Shown here in pieces: positions 24,618-37,331 of a DNA stretch of 64,000 bases. This DNA comes from Chara braunii (Eukaryota; Plantae; Charophyceae): contig BFEA01000007.1 of the NCBI GenBank assembly GCA_003427395.1, positions 3,563,210-3,627,209 of the forward strand, given 5' to 3'. Position 1 is the first letter of the stretch. Each line of letters opens with the position of its first letter. The position numbers were made by a program, and so were the translations under genes. The notes below the pieces were generated by a model. The model was given only the letters and a program-made list of their open reading frames with translations, was not told the DNA's origin and made no database searches.

Positions 24618-26683
24618 TCACGTCCAACTCGCGTTTGAACGGGAGTTTAAGGCGAATTCAACGTGCATTGAATTTTTTAAAGCGGAACCTGAGTTGAATT
24701 CATAATTGGACATACAACCGGATTGCATAGGTGTTGCCAAAACAACAGGATTTGAAGCAACGTTGTTTGGACTAAAAGTAGATTTGGTAGAGGTAGAAAT
24801 AGTTGCATTAGAAGTAGAAACGACATGCAAAGTGAAATCATTATGTACAAGAAAAATAAAAAGCACATGAGCAGACTTAAAAAAGACTATATACATTTGT
24901 TCAACAACTTTGCGTCTGCGCCACTTCTTGCAAATTTTCATTCTATTGAGGAAAGTGACGGGAGATTCGTGCGGTTTATCCAAGAGGGCGGGCGCTCGAT
25001 TCCCAAGATATCTTTTAGCATGAATTGTGAGTCCTTTCACGTAGGTCTTTTTTGCAACCAGCCCAAACAAATAACCACGTCGAAGGGAAACTTGTTAAGG
25101 ACATAGAAGTTAAATTCATGCGTGATTGTTGCGGTTTGCGTCAAAGGTGGTGCGCACAACTTTGATTGCATGCGTAGATGTGACCACCTCTTAGTTGCCC
25201 ACTTGTTTCCGCCAAGAATTTTGGACAGTCGCTTGCTTCATTCCCAAGCGTGCCTTATGAATATCGTGCGGTGAGAAGTAGTTGGCGGTCGCGCCTTAAT
25301 CAACCAACGCACGAATGTAACGACCGTTAGCTTCATGTCCGCCCTGCACATCAAGAGAGCATGCAAGTCAATTTCTTTTGAGCCGACCCAAGACTACTTA
25401 TAAAGGATGTGAAATTTTTTAGCCTTGAAATCAGCTTAGATGAGGTTTCAAGAGAGGTCTGTTGAGTAGGAGCAAAATCCGGTGAAGGATCTACACTTAC
25501 ATGTTCAGCCTCTCCGTGTGTAGAGTGTGCTGATGATGTGTTTATACCCCTTTTGCTGATTTTCGTGTTGTAATCTGAAGCAATGTTGGACTGGGTATCC
25601 TGGTTTGGTACAATGCGGGCAACCCCCTTTCTTCACCTTGTGTTTCCATTCACTTCTACTGATTCGGAGATCTACCCTTGGTTTTGTGGCAGGATCCTCC
25701 GCTTTGGGTGGAATCTTCGCTCCCTTGGGGAGAAGAATGGTGTTAGTGTTGGTCTTCACTGCGTTCTTTGGTCCCTTACTTTTGAAGGCAGTCTTCTTAA
25801 AGGCATTCTTGAATTCATTATCATCTGCATAGTCGGACTCCTGGGCGGTTTAAGAGCAAGATGGCTTATATTCTTGCTCTTAATCGTCACTAAGAGAAGG
25901 GTCCTCTGCGAAGGTCTCGTCGTCAACCTTAAGCTGATCATGCGCTGCGAAACGGTTATTGGCCGGAAACCGTTTGTGGTTTGTAATCTGTTTGCCACCC
26001 GATCCACCCGAGAGGTCTCGTGCCTCCAGCTTGACTAAATCCCATATGAGGGAAAACCAAACTGTATATGCTATGAGTTTGAGCCCCAGACGAGGTGTTA
26101 CAGAAGAGTGAACCATAAACGATGTGTTACAGAAGAGTGCACCATAAACGATGTGTTATAGAAGAGTGAACCGTACCTTTAATCACATCCAAGCTATGTA
26201 ACACCCGCGGACGCGTCCGCGGGTCCAATCTCGGATGGCGGACGCAGACGGGTCCGCATCCGCGGCCTACCTAGTCCGCGCCGCGAACCTGATTTTACCA
26301 GAAGTTTCCTGAATTAAATAATTGGTTAAAAAAAAAAACAAAAATTTGGGGTCGTAGGGAATTTTAAGCCCTACAATCCCTTTTTTTTTTTTGGAATCCG
26401 ACTTTGTTTCGGATTTTTAAAAAATAAAAAACTAAATTTGATTTTAAAAATATTAAAAATATATATATATAAAGAAAAATTGGATTTTTTTTGGTCATTT
26501 TTTATCATCAAATATATGGTCCCTGAGGTCACCTGTATTTTTAAGAAATGAATTTCTGTTTTTTGCAGGGGTATGAGGTGTTTTAGAAAAATAAAGATAC
26601 AAAATTTAAAAATAAATAAACAAAAAACTTGAAAAAAAAAAAGGTGTGATTGATTGATTGATATTGATTGATTGATTGATTGA

Positions 26684-26721
<38 letters not shown>

Positions 26722-27403
26722 NNNNNNNNNNNNNNNNNNNNNNNNNNNNNNNNNNNNNNNNNNNNNNNNNNNNNNNNNNNNNNNNNNNNNNNNNNNNNNN
26801 NNNNNNNNNNNNNNNNNNNNNNNNNNNNNNNNNNNNNNNNNNNNNNNNNNNNNNNNNNNNNNNNNNNNNNNNNNNNNNNNNNNNNNNNNNNNNNNNNNNN
26901 NNNNNNNNNNNNNNNNNNNNNNNNNNNNNNNNNNNNNNNNNNNNNNNNNNNNNNNNNNNNNNNNNNNNNNNNNNNNNNNNNNNNNNNNNNNNNNNNNNNN
27001 NNNNNNNNNNNNNNNNNNNNNNNNNNNNNNNNNNNNNNNNNNNNNNNNNNNNNNNNNNNNNNNNNNNNNNNNNNNNNNNNNNNNNNNNNNNNNNNNNNNN
27101 NNNNNNNNNNNNNNNNNNNNNNNNNNNNNNNNNTGTGTGTGTGTGTGTGTGTGTGCTCGCTGCCCCCGCTGCCCCCGCTGCCCCCGCTGCCCCCGCGCGC
27201 TGCCCCCGCTGCGCCAGCTGGTGTGTGTGTTTGTGTGTGTGTGTGTGTGTGTATGTGTGTGTGTGTGTGCGCGTGCGCCCGTGGTCGGGGGGGTGGGGCG
27301 ACCCCTCTCCCACCAACCAACAAATCAATCAATCAATCAACAAAAAAAAAACCAGAAGAAAAATCGAATAAAAAAATCAATCAATCAATCAATCAATCAA
27401 CGG

Positions 27404-27467
<64 letters not shown>

Positions 27468-27474
27468 AATCAAT

Positions 27475-27515
<41 letters not shown>

Positions 27516-28760
27516 GCGTTTTTTTTTTCCGACTTTCCTTGGATTTCTCCCATACCTCCCCCACCAAAAGTTCATCTTTTCCTTTTTTTTTTTGTAGGGG
27601 GGGGTGGGGCAGGGGATGCGCTGCCACGTGGCGGCGTCAAAATCGCGAAATCTCCTCCTCTGTGGCCGCCACGTGTCCGTGAATCCGAGCGTCCGCGCAG
27701 ACACTTCCGCGGGCTTCGCGGACTGGCGGCGGTCGCGGACTTGGCCGCGCCTGTTCGCTGCCGCGGGTGTTACATAGCATCCAAGTCACATCCAAGCAAG
27801 ACTGCGCAATTATCTATCGATCAGGAGTAACAAAGAGTTCATTAACGTACTGCTGCAGACTATGCATGGTGCATGCCCACTTGCTGTGCTTGAGCTTATC
27901 AAGCTTGAGTTTAGCTTTGGCTGCAACATGTGGATCAACATATTGCTCGATGAAAAGATCCTCGAGTGTGGCTATTGGCGTAACCTTCAACCATTTGTTC
28001 AGATCTATTTTCGTAACCTTCAACCATTTGTTCAGATCTATTTTTTTATAGCCCGACTGTACAACTTGGATTTCTGAGAAGCCCCTTCCGGCGGGGTTCC
28101 ACATTGGTCCCTAGGACCGACGACTTAGTGAGCGGGCGTATCCCCAACACATCAAAGTAGGATCGCATAGAGCTGGTCCATGATTCAATGTCGTCCTTTA
28201 TGTCGTATTTAGATGAAATTTGTGCCGCCTTTCTATCCAGGTAGGGCAAACTGCAACTAGGACCACCGATTGCTGGGTTCGATTTCGGGGCTGCAACAAA
28301 TGCTTTGTATTGCCACTTGCCATTGGAGCAGTAGCAGTAGCAACAGCGGGGTCTCGGCCTGCTGCACATCCGGATAGACTGTTGACCACACTCAAAGAAG
28401 AAGAAGACACAATTAGAGGGGCAAAAATGAACTGACACGCGACATTCGAAGCAGGGTAAGGAGACAAAAGGGCACTTGGGCTGGCTGCATGTTTGCAAAC
28501 TGTTGTAGGTGATCGTGCTGGTGCTGATCCATCAGGCTATATACTCGCGCAAATTCTCGAGTTCACCAAACACCTTTGCGAGTTGGCCAGTATGGTCTTC
28601 AACAACCCTGACATCTACTAAAGTCTGGAGAACTGGGACAAACTTCTCTTCTACCTCCGCGTTTGTTAAGGCGGGCATGGTACTGAAGACAACTTTACAA
28701 GCCTTTATTTTGTCTCCCTTCTCCTCTTTCTGCTCTTCCTCTTCCCTTGTCAATGTTTTT
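24618..28760 (-). pseudogene. Gypsy gag and aspartic protease remnants, copy 1 (interrupted at 26194-27777)
   Basis: Protease motif RALVD*GATANYF at ~25280-25312; Zn-knuckle-like CPHCTKPGYPVQHC; gag-like PYLDRKAAQISSKYD...ESWTSSMRSYFDVLG. Confidence 0.8.
26194..27777. mobile_element. Non-autonomous TIR DNA transposon with a perfect 17-bp TIR and an 8-bp TSD (contains an N gap)
   Basis: TIR CTATGTAACACCCGCGG / CCGCGGGTGTTACATAG; TSD CATCCAAG at 26186-26193 and 27778-27785; inserted in gag. Confidence 0.9.
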
Positions 28761-29892
28761 TCATAAAATAACCGGTAATGGGTTTTTTCAGCCTAGTCGG
28801 AGCGACAAATCAGTTGGATTGAGAGCAATCAAAATAAATAAATAAATATTAGAGAGATTTGATTCCGCAATACAGTCTGGTCCGACTACGTATGAGGTTC
28901 TCTCAAACCTTTCGTAAAGACATAACAAATCAAACTCAAAGTGTACTACGCAATGCACGAGAGAATTTTGTGGTGTCCAAGGTGCGGGTCAAGCGGCGGA
29001 TCGTGTGGTAAAGTCCGTTAAAATGTCTTAGCTGAAATCCCCTCAGCGGCTAGTGTTCTGGTCCGAAAGCATGAACTCCGAGTCCCAATCAGATAGAGCA
29101 ATGTAACTTACGTCAACAAATTTGGGCCTATGGGACCCTTATTGTATGAACCTGGTACCATTAAGTCTGAAATGGTCGCAGTGGAGTTAAACCGGGTCCC
29201 AACCAACAAGAGTTTCACAAAGACCTACTCTCTGCCCCTAACGGATTTAAAAAATGAATTTTAACCCGAGAAAGAACCTACATACTACAACCGTTCAAAA
29301 TCAAATAAACAAAGCACTGTAGAAAGATATAACATGATACACAAGATACTCCATTCATTCACTCGTCAGGTGAGCAAGTAATAAACACACGTCACACAAG
29401 ATCAAGACTATGGAGGATGGAAGAACCTGGAATACCCTAGCAGGTAGTCAATTCCATGCACACCTACATGGGCATCCTGGCGGCACGACACTTACTTGAG
29501 TGGACGGGCTCTTGAGATAAAAAGAAACTCAATAGCGTCCTATCATCTAGGAGGGTCAACATCTACCCCAAAGTACAACGCCGGATCCCCTGTCAATGTT
29601 GAAGATCGAAGTATCAACTTGCAGCCCGTAGGTGAAGATATGGCTTCCACCCTCAAGCTCGCCTAACTTGAGGGAAGCCCTAAAGTCCCTCCTCGTCTTC
29701 CTTGAAGTCCAGATTCCAGTTGTAGGTGCCCTTCACTGTTGCCTCTCTCCAATTGCATTACGAAGTCCCACCCTGTGTCTCGCCACCGCAAACATGCACT
29801 CTAACAACATGACCGGGTCTAATGTCGACCCTACAACATGCACTCTTGTTCGTTATGGCAGAAAAGTCAACTATCGCGAACAAGTAGAATCC

Positions 29893-29904
29893 GCTTTGAT
29901 ACCA
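29893..29904 (-). promoter_or_regulatory. Primer-binding site, tRNA-iMet
   Basis: Minus strand reads TGGTATCAAAGC, 1 nt after the LTR end ...TAACA. Confidence 0.85.
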
Positions 29905-29905
29905 T

Positions 29906-31230
29906 TGTTACAATCCTGGCCAATTTCAAAGTATACATTCATCAGAAAGTACAATGTCATCCAGTTGCAAAAAAAGATGAATGAAATTGAGAGGAGAGAG
30001 GGAAAGAACAAGAAGAATGAAGAAAGAAGAAGAAGATAATGTACTACACCATAAATCAAAGATAACCAACCAATCTCCTCCTCCTTATCTCCTCCCTTGT
30101 TATTCAAACAAGAAATAACAATAATAATGTTGCATGGCTGAACTAGAATCAATGTACGAATCCCTCTTCTACTGCAGGCACAACACGAGGTCCACCATAG
30201 CCATGGCCACCCTTCCTCTTCCTCTTCATGTAGGTCGAGGCTATGGCGGAGTACTGAGGGCTCTACGTCCTGTCCAAAGGACAACCCAAAGCAGCTATTT
30301 CGCTGCCCTCCCGTCCCAACGTCAACACTAGACAGCTATGTCGCTGCCCATTCATCCGTCATCCTTGACTCTATCCCGAGTTTTCTTAATGCGGCACTAC
30401 CCCAACTGCGGTCTTCTAGATGCAATGCCTAACAAGGTGATGAAGATGGTATCCACCAAAGCCAGGTAGGTACGTCGCCACTCTCCTTCTTGTTCCTCTT
30501 CTCCCTCCTCCTCCTACCGGAAGAGCTCCACCATAGCCAAGGTGGAAGCTCCCTGGCTTCTTCCTTCCAGCAGCGCTGTAGTAGCCAACGCTCCAGCAGC
30601 GTGTCGCCAAGAATGAGGTTGGGCTCTTCGCTCAGCTTCAAGATATAGCGGCCTACCTGCCTCCTGGGAGGTGGCTTCCAGTCCGCTTGGCCTCCCAAGC
30701 AACCGGTACCCCCTCCCTTTCGGAGGGAAACATCATTGCAAACTTTGATATTGCGTGTACAGGCCCTAAACTCAGACTGGATGGAGTGGTACCCGCTTGA
30801 GTCTAGCCTACCGCTACTGGGCCTTTAAAAATGCCAACTTTGTCTTCTTCTGCTCGGCCTGGAGTACCCGGCACATCTACTTTTACTGGGTGCGGTACCG
30901 ACCGACCTGCTATTTGGGTGTTTTTCCGCTGATCCAAATGTCGTGGGCCTCTGGCTCCGCCACTCGAGTGTTTTCTCTGTTGCAACCCTCAATGTCACGG
31001 CCACAGGTAAATACCGGCCCTACGGACCTCCGAAACAAGCAAGTACCCTTGGGGGTTACACACACACTCATGCCGATAAACACTTAGACAGGTATGGCGG
31101 TCACCAAGCACGCACACTTACAGACTTAGAGAACTCAACAGAATGCGTGAATCTTAGCAAGGCATCCATTCCATTGACATAACTCAGAAATCAGCATTGT
31201 TCTCAGTATGTGTTATGGCGGGTCATTACA
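29906..31230 (-). repeat. Family A LTR shared by two tandem elements (5' LTR of copy 1, 3' LTR of copy 2)
   Basis: TGTTACA...TCATTACA; PBS on one side, polypurine tract plus chromodomain/integrase on the other. Confidence 0.88.
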
Positions 31231-31243
31231 CTACCCCCCCCTC
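31231..31243 (-). promoter_or_regulatory. Polypurine tract of family A copy 2
   Basis: Minus-strand G-rich purine tract (GAG-G-run-TAG) immediately before the LTR start TGTAATGACCC. Confidence 0.85.
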
Positions 31244-31385
31244 AAGAGCGAGGTCCGTTCGATCGAGTGACTCACTTAGAGTCCCTACATAATGTATGAT
31301 AAGTGTAAATAGCAAAGAGAGATCGGGTATGATCCGTAGGAGAGAGGGTAGCAGTGAATTCAGGTTGTTGTTCGAAGACAATCAA

Positions 31386-33505
31386 TCATTCATATGCGTT
31401 GACGACTTGCAAGGCACTCTGCAGCAAGTCCTTCTTAGCAATCCGGTAAAAATCATTCAATGGGTGATATAGAAAATAAACTTTGTATTGTCCATTTCTC
31501 CCTTTTCCACTGTGCACGACAATTCTATCAATCTCGTGACCCCTAGTGATTGTGTCAGGAATCATCGACTCTCGATATCGAAAAGTTTTCAGTGGTACAT
31601 ACGGAAACAACTTCGACGTGTGAAAGTTTGGGTACGTGTGCAGATGAGCAGGCATGTCAATCATGTAAGAAGGACCGAATGAATCCTCCCTTACCTAGTT
31701 CAATACATTCCACGAACTGTAATACTGAGGAAAATTTTTTCGTGATACACCGTTTTCTTAAGAAAACTCAGACATTTATACCCATACATAACTTTTCACT
31801 GCGAAAGGTTCAGGCTGGCGCTTTTGGTTAACATGCTTAATCAAGGCACTGAGTCGCCTTTCCATAGCTGCAACAACAACTTTGAGTAAGTGATCGAACT
31901 TAGCGCTGTAGCATGGCTGGTTAGGTGTTAGGCCAGAGGGCGGGTGAGGAAACATATATCATAGGGGATTGCGAATTTGTCACTCGAGGTGCAGTCGATT
32001 AGGTGTCATCCTGGTGGACGAGTGAGTTGTTGTACAATCCCTGCACAATCGACAATTCCTCATCCCAAGAGTTGTGATCAAACACATTTAGAGCTTGGAG
32101 AAGTTGGATCATAGTCTTGTTGATCTCCTCGGCCAGACGTCATCTTGAGTTTGATGTCATACATATGGGATGTGAAGTCCTTCCAATTTGCACTTATGAA
32201 CCTAGTGTCCCGGTCACTCACAAGAGTCTTTGGGGGGCCACACTGCAGAATGTACTTATTGTGAAACTCCTTGATCACAAGGTTAGTTGGGGTGTGAGGT
32301 GGCAATGGGATCAAATTCAGAAATTTTGAAAAGCGGTCAACGATCACTATTACTTGTGAATATCCATTCCTGCTCTTCTTTCCCATGTCCGTGAAGTTGA
32401 TGAAAAGAGACTAACCCGGACTATCAAGAATAGGAAGAGGATGCAACAACCCATAGGGGATTTGCTGAGACGGTTTGATACGTTGACGAACTTCACACTC
32501 ATCTACAAACTTTTGTGTCATTTCTTTCCTCCCAAGCCATACAAACGTTTACAATAGACTTCCGTATGTCTTTTCAAAATCGAGGTTTCAACTCCGGACA
32601 TGAGCTAAGTCCAAGAAGTGAGTACGGATAGGCTCATGGTTGGGTACACATCGCCGGTTGTACTTCCCGTAACTTTGGAAGAACAAACCTTTACACTAGT
32701 GAAAATCAAGCTGACAACTAGGGTCAACATGAATCGGCTCAAGGATGGGACCGAGTTCCGGGTCCCTGGCGGTATGCTCAACTAGTTCCTTGTTCAAATT
32801 CTTACGGAGAACTTGAACGTAGAAACCTACAATAGACGTCATGTACTAAGGGTGACGAGACAAAGTATCCACAATGTGATTCTAACAACCTTTATTGTGT
32901 TTAAGTTCAAAATCATACATATCAACCTTATACAGCCAGCACGTTCAATGTAGTTGATGGATTAATCTTTGTATGAATCTATTTGAAAGTCTTGTGGTCT
33001 GAGAACACTTTGAAATGACGACCCACGAGGTAGTGTTTCCAATGATCTTGTACCTCTGTCAAGGGATAAAGTTCTCGCATGTAAGTGGAGACACCTACCT
33101 TTTGACTGGGCATGCGTTTGATGTAGTACTCAAGCGGACGTAAGTCGTCACCATCATCTTTGTGCATCACTGCACTAATCCCATACGAGCTTGCATCCGT
33201 AATTACTACGAATATAAGTTTGGGATCTTCAATACAGAGCATCAGATGACGCATCAAAGTCTCCTTCAATGCTCGCAAGGCGGCTGTGCATTCCCCATCC
33301 CACGTGTAAAACACGTATTTGCTTGTCAATTTGGACAGCGGACGGACGATCATAGAGAATTTGGGCACAAACTTACAATAGTACGACGTGAGACCAAGAA
33401 AAAAAACGCAACTCTCGGACATTTGCTGTTTGAGACCATTTGCGGATGACCTCCACTTTGGTTGCCTCGGGCTCTAGATCCACAACGAACAACTGATGGC
33501 GAAGG
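31386..33505 (-). pseudogene. Gypsy pol remnants (RT end, RNase H, integrase, chromodomain), copy 2, 5'-truncated
   Basis: FLGLTSYYCKFVPKFS, FVVITDASSYGISAV, VIVIVDRFSK, LVSDRDTRF, chromodomain HEIDRIVVHSGKGRNGQYKVYF...VVNAYE*. Confidence 0.9.
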
Positions 33506-36500
33506 CGCTCTGAGTAAGACGGTGACATTGAAGCCTTCATTCACTAATTGTTTGTTCACTTCAATCCCTGTGGACGTCCGACCTGGCATACCTCCTATCG
33601 CTGGTCTCCAAACAGATACCTCAGCTCCTCCAAGCCAACGTACTTGTCCTCTACGCGTCTTCGAGAATAGTCGATCAGATCGACCGGCCTCAGACAATCT
33701 ACCCAGCAAGTGGCGTCAATCAGCTTTCTCAACTTTCATTGTCAAAGTGCCTCCACCGCACACAGATGGCGAGGTATGCTTCCTTGAATCGGGGTGCCAA
33801 CCCCCATCCAAGAGCGAGGTGAGTATGGTGAACTGCTCGGGTCAAGTTCCCAACGCCTCCGCACGTTTGTTCTATCACAAATGCAGGGAGAGCCCACCTC
33901 CAGCCCTGTACGGGGTGGAGATCCTGTCTCGGGGATCCGAAGACAATACGCACCAGCGGTTGACTGTCTCCTGTCAAAGCGCCCGCTTTCTTAGCCACAA
34001 TAGTCCTCGCTAAAGCCTCGCATCTCCACCAGGTCCTCTCAACGCCAACGAGTGTTAGTCCTATCCATAGCTCCTGCGATCTATCAAATACGAGGTGTCG
34101 AATAGCCTCTACTCGTCCACCGCTCCTCAACTCCTTAATCTCTAGTATCACTGCCCACAAAAAGACTCCCTCTGCTATCCACGTCCCCGCGTATCCGAGT
34201 GACACTCTCTCTCTAGCGTCTAGTCGTATAGGAAGAGGAATGTCGTACTCGAGAGCCGTCTCTCTGGGTAGCGTCAATCTCTTCACCGGGTATGAATCAG
34301 AGTCGCGTAACAATAAATATGCCCACCATACGCTCGAATCGCTCCTCATCTCTCCATCGTCCTTTCTACATGGGCTAGGCAACTCTGACCTTAATCGCGA
34401 GCTCTACCATCTCACGCCACTCAAATCTCGAAAAGTTATTCCTTCAATCGGAGCAGTTGGAATCCCTTCGAACACCTCGATCCTAGTATCCCAACTAACA
34501 TCTCACCTTCTGGTTTTAAGTGGTCCACCTCTCCTATCACCAATCTAACCGCGCTCTCCCAAACCTTCTCGCGTAGATCCCCCTTTGCCCGGGTCGCAGG
34601 AACATAGATCCACACGTCGTACTCGTCAAGGCTAACAAAGCGATATGTAAGAATGTACACACACCGGTGATCTTTCCCTACTTCCTGGACATACTCGTCT
34701 ATAACGAGCTTGTATGGGAGAACCTCCCTCCTCGTCTTCTCGTTCGGGGATCGGACGACCTTACTAATCTCCTCTCTTGTAGGGCCTCGTCCCTCGGTGA
34801 TTAGCTACTCCCAATATACCCGTCTAAAGGACATCACATGCCTGCCATCAGTAACCCCCACCATTGTCTCTACCTCTCTCCTAGCTCTTTCTCTTTTCCC
34901 AGAACACCTATGCTCTAAAATCCACGACCATCCTCGGTACCTATACGATTCGTGCCCCGGTTTCGTGAATACACGCGTCCTCTCCGTCAGTGACCCTCGT
35001 TCGCGTCTAGGATATCCACGTCTCTATCCTCACCTATCTCGTGCCCCCAAGGGATATCCTCCTGTCCCTGGGCCCGGTGGAGGTGCCCCCAACGATCCTC
35101 CTCTAGTACCTCTCCGCCTACGCAGTCATCGTCACCGTCCTCTTGGTCGGCGCCTCGCTCGTCAAGTCCAACACCTCCCCAAGGCTTGTCCTGATCTCCC
35201 CAAGGCTCTATGTCCTCAAAATCCTCCCACTCTCTATCGTCCGCATACCAACCAAGGTCCTCTCTATCCGGGTATATCCGCCAATAATGCTCCTCAACCT
35301 CCCAGCTCGAGATGAGGGGAACAGGTCTACTGTCACAAGTCTTGCTCAAGAGTTGCTCCACACCTCCCAAGTAGTATAGGGATCTCTGAACCTCTCGCTC
35401 CAACGCTAACCAAAACTATGGGGGCTGGTACGAGAAAAACGATTCACGGTCTCCAGACGGTGCTAGAGTTTGAATGAACTCTATGAGCTGGAGCCCTCTC
35501 TCCCCAACACGAGGTCCCCCGACGAACTGTGCGTAAGCAATCCAATCTCGTTCCGTCAGTCCCCTACTCAAACCATCCCACTCGAGGGTGGCAAAATACG
35601 TCTCGACAACGTGGTCCAGACCCCAGAGTTCCTCTACCACAAAAATAGGGAGTCTCGCCCGCAGTCGGATGCTGGGGAACGGAAAGGTCCCTCAATCTGG
35701 AAGGTCACTCTCGTTGCCCTAGCTGGACCATACAATCCCTTGACCTCCTCACGAACACCCTCTGCCACATCTGACCGGATAACTCTCGCCTCCTGCTCGC
35801 CTCTCTAGTAACCCTGCACTAGCCCCTCAAAATAGACTGTCGCCCCTACCGCACGTGAGTAATAGATATGCCCAATAACTTCTATATTCGTCGTCCCGGG
35901 TGCTCACCACGATTGGCTGTCCAACTCGAAAGTCTCGACCACGTATGTCCACAAGTATACATCTGGCCCCAACAGAATCGACCTCCACCGACTCTGAAGT
36001 CCAGATCTAGACCCAGCCACACTCTTGGCCGGTAAGTCAAGTTCTAATACGTTGGGGGCCACGATCTCGGGAGCCGTAGGCCATCTAAGATTGTCGATTG
36101 GAAGTTCGATTTTTTTAGCCGGCTCTACCATCTGATCGCACTCAGTAGCTACCTGACACTAGTGAACGGCTCCTTGCTCAATCACTCCCTCTCTGGTTCC
36201 GTATTATAGATCTAAATCCTCTACTGCCGATACACGTCGCTCTGCAAGGTCTCGCCTAGGCCCTGATGGCGACTCCTATCCATAGGAAATGAGCGTCGGC
36301 GACGTCGTCTACCGACTCGGCATCTTCCCCGTCAGAGTCTATCCAGTCAGGCTCCCAGGCCTCCTCGTCGTCGTCCGACTCGTCCCTATACGGTACGGAG
36401 GGAGTCCTATCGCGTCATAATACTACGCCAATTGGTAGTCGTATATCAGAGGTCCCGCGTCCTCGCTTCACCAACTGCCCCAGTCCTCCGAGAAGAGCCT

Positions 36501-37230
36501 ACCTATGTAGGTAATATACTCAGGCCCTGCCCGGAGCTCCCGGTCCAACAAATCCCACACGTACGAGGGTGGGGGAACGCCCCTCTCGTAATTGTGACCT
36601 TAGGAGCGGATCAACTTTATGAGTTGAACCCTCTCATCTCCCCAACGAGGTCCCGCGGTCACGAGGGAGTAATATATAGAGCAAGAGTCGAGGTGTCCTC
36701 TGGCGAAGAGCTCGAGCTCTCAGAATGTGAGATAAGCCTCAATCAAGCCACCCACTCCTCCGAAAATGGAGTCTACCACGAACGAGGGAACAACTGCTCT
36801 CAAGCTAGTCCCTGAATATGGGAAAAAGTCGTTTCGGGCTATTAGGAGATCCCCCGTGATAGTGAGGGGAGGTCGTCCGTGAAACAAAGTCAACGGGTGT
36901 TGTAAGTACCGCAGGGCTCTACTGATGACGCAACTGGTTCCCCACGTCACGAGACCCAAAGCGACCTCCTTGACCATCTCTACCCCCAGGTACAGATAGG
37001 CCTTCACTACCCCGCCCGTCAAGCCTCCCCCCTGACTCCTCTGGTGCTCTCTGTACGTCCACAACCAAGCACCGAAAGACAAGAGGACGGACGTCCACTG
37101 GAACTGGCCATCGTGCAAGTGAGTGGGTCGTGCGAGGAGTGTGAACTCCACCAAGTCACCTTCTGTAAGTTCGGGAGGGTTTACCTCCCAAACACGATCA
37201 GCCTCATACTCCTCGACGTCCTTGGGGCGC
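33506..37230 (-). pseudogene. Long decayed ORF region of unknown function inside a tRNA-Asp-primed LTR element
   Basis: A chain of minus-strand ORF fragments (36720-37154, 35904-36131, 35416-35640, 34987-35403, 33729-34382) with protein-like composition and an internally duplicated domain. No gag or pol motif was recognised. Confidence 0.55.
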
Positions 37231-37331
37231 TACATCCAATCGACGCAGCAGAAGGCAGAAACAGTAGCGTGAAAGAAGAACGAGAAGGACAGAAGGGAGA
37301 ATAAAAACTAAGAAGGGCTCCAAGTTCTGAA

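Larger units (their letters stand above)
17139..31230 (-). mobile_element. Degenerate Ty3/Gypsy chromovirus LTR retrotransposon (family A, copy 1) with nested insertions
   Basis: On the minus strand: 5' LTR 31230-29906, PBS-Met, gag, protease, RT, RNase H, integrase, purine tract, 3' LTR 19692-17139. Confidence 0.88.
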
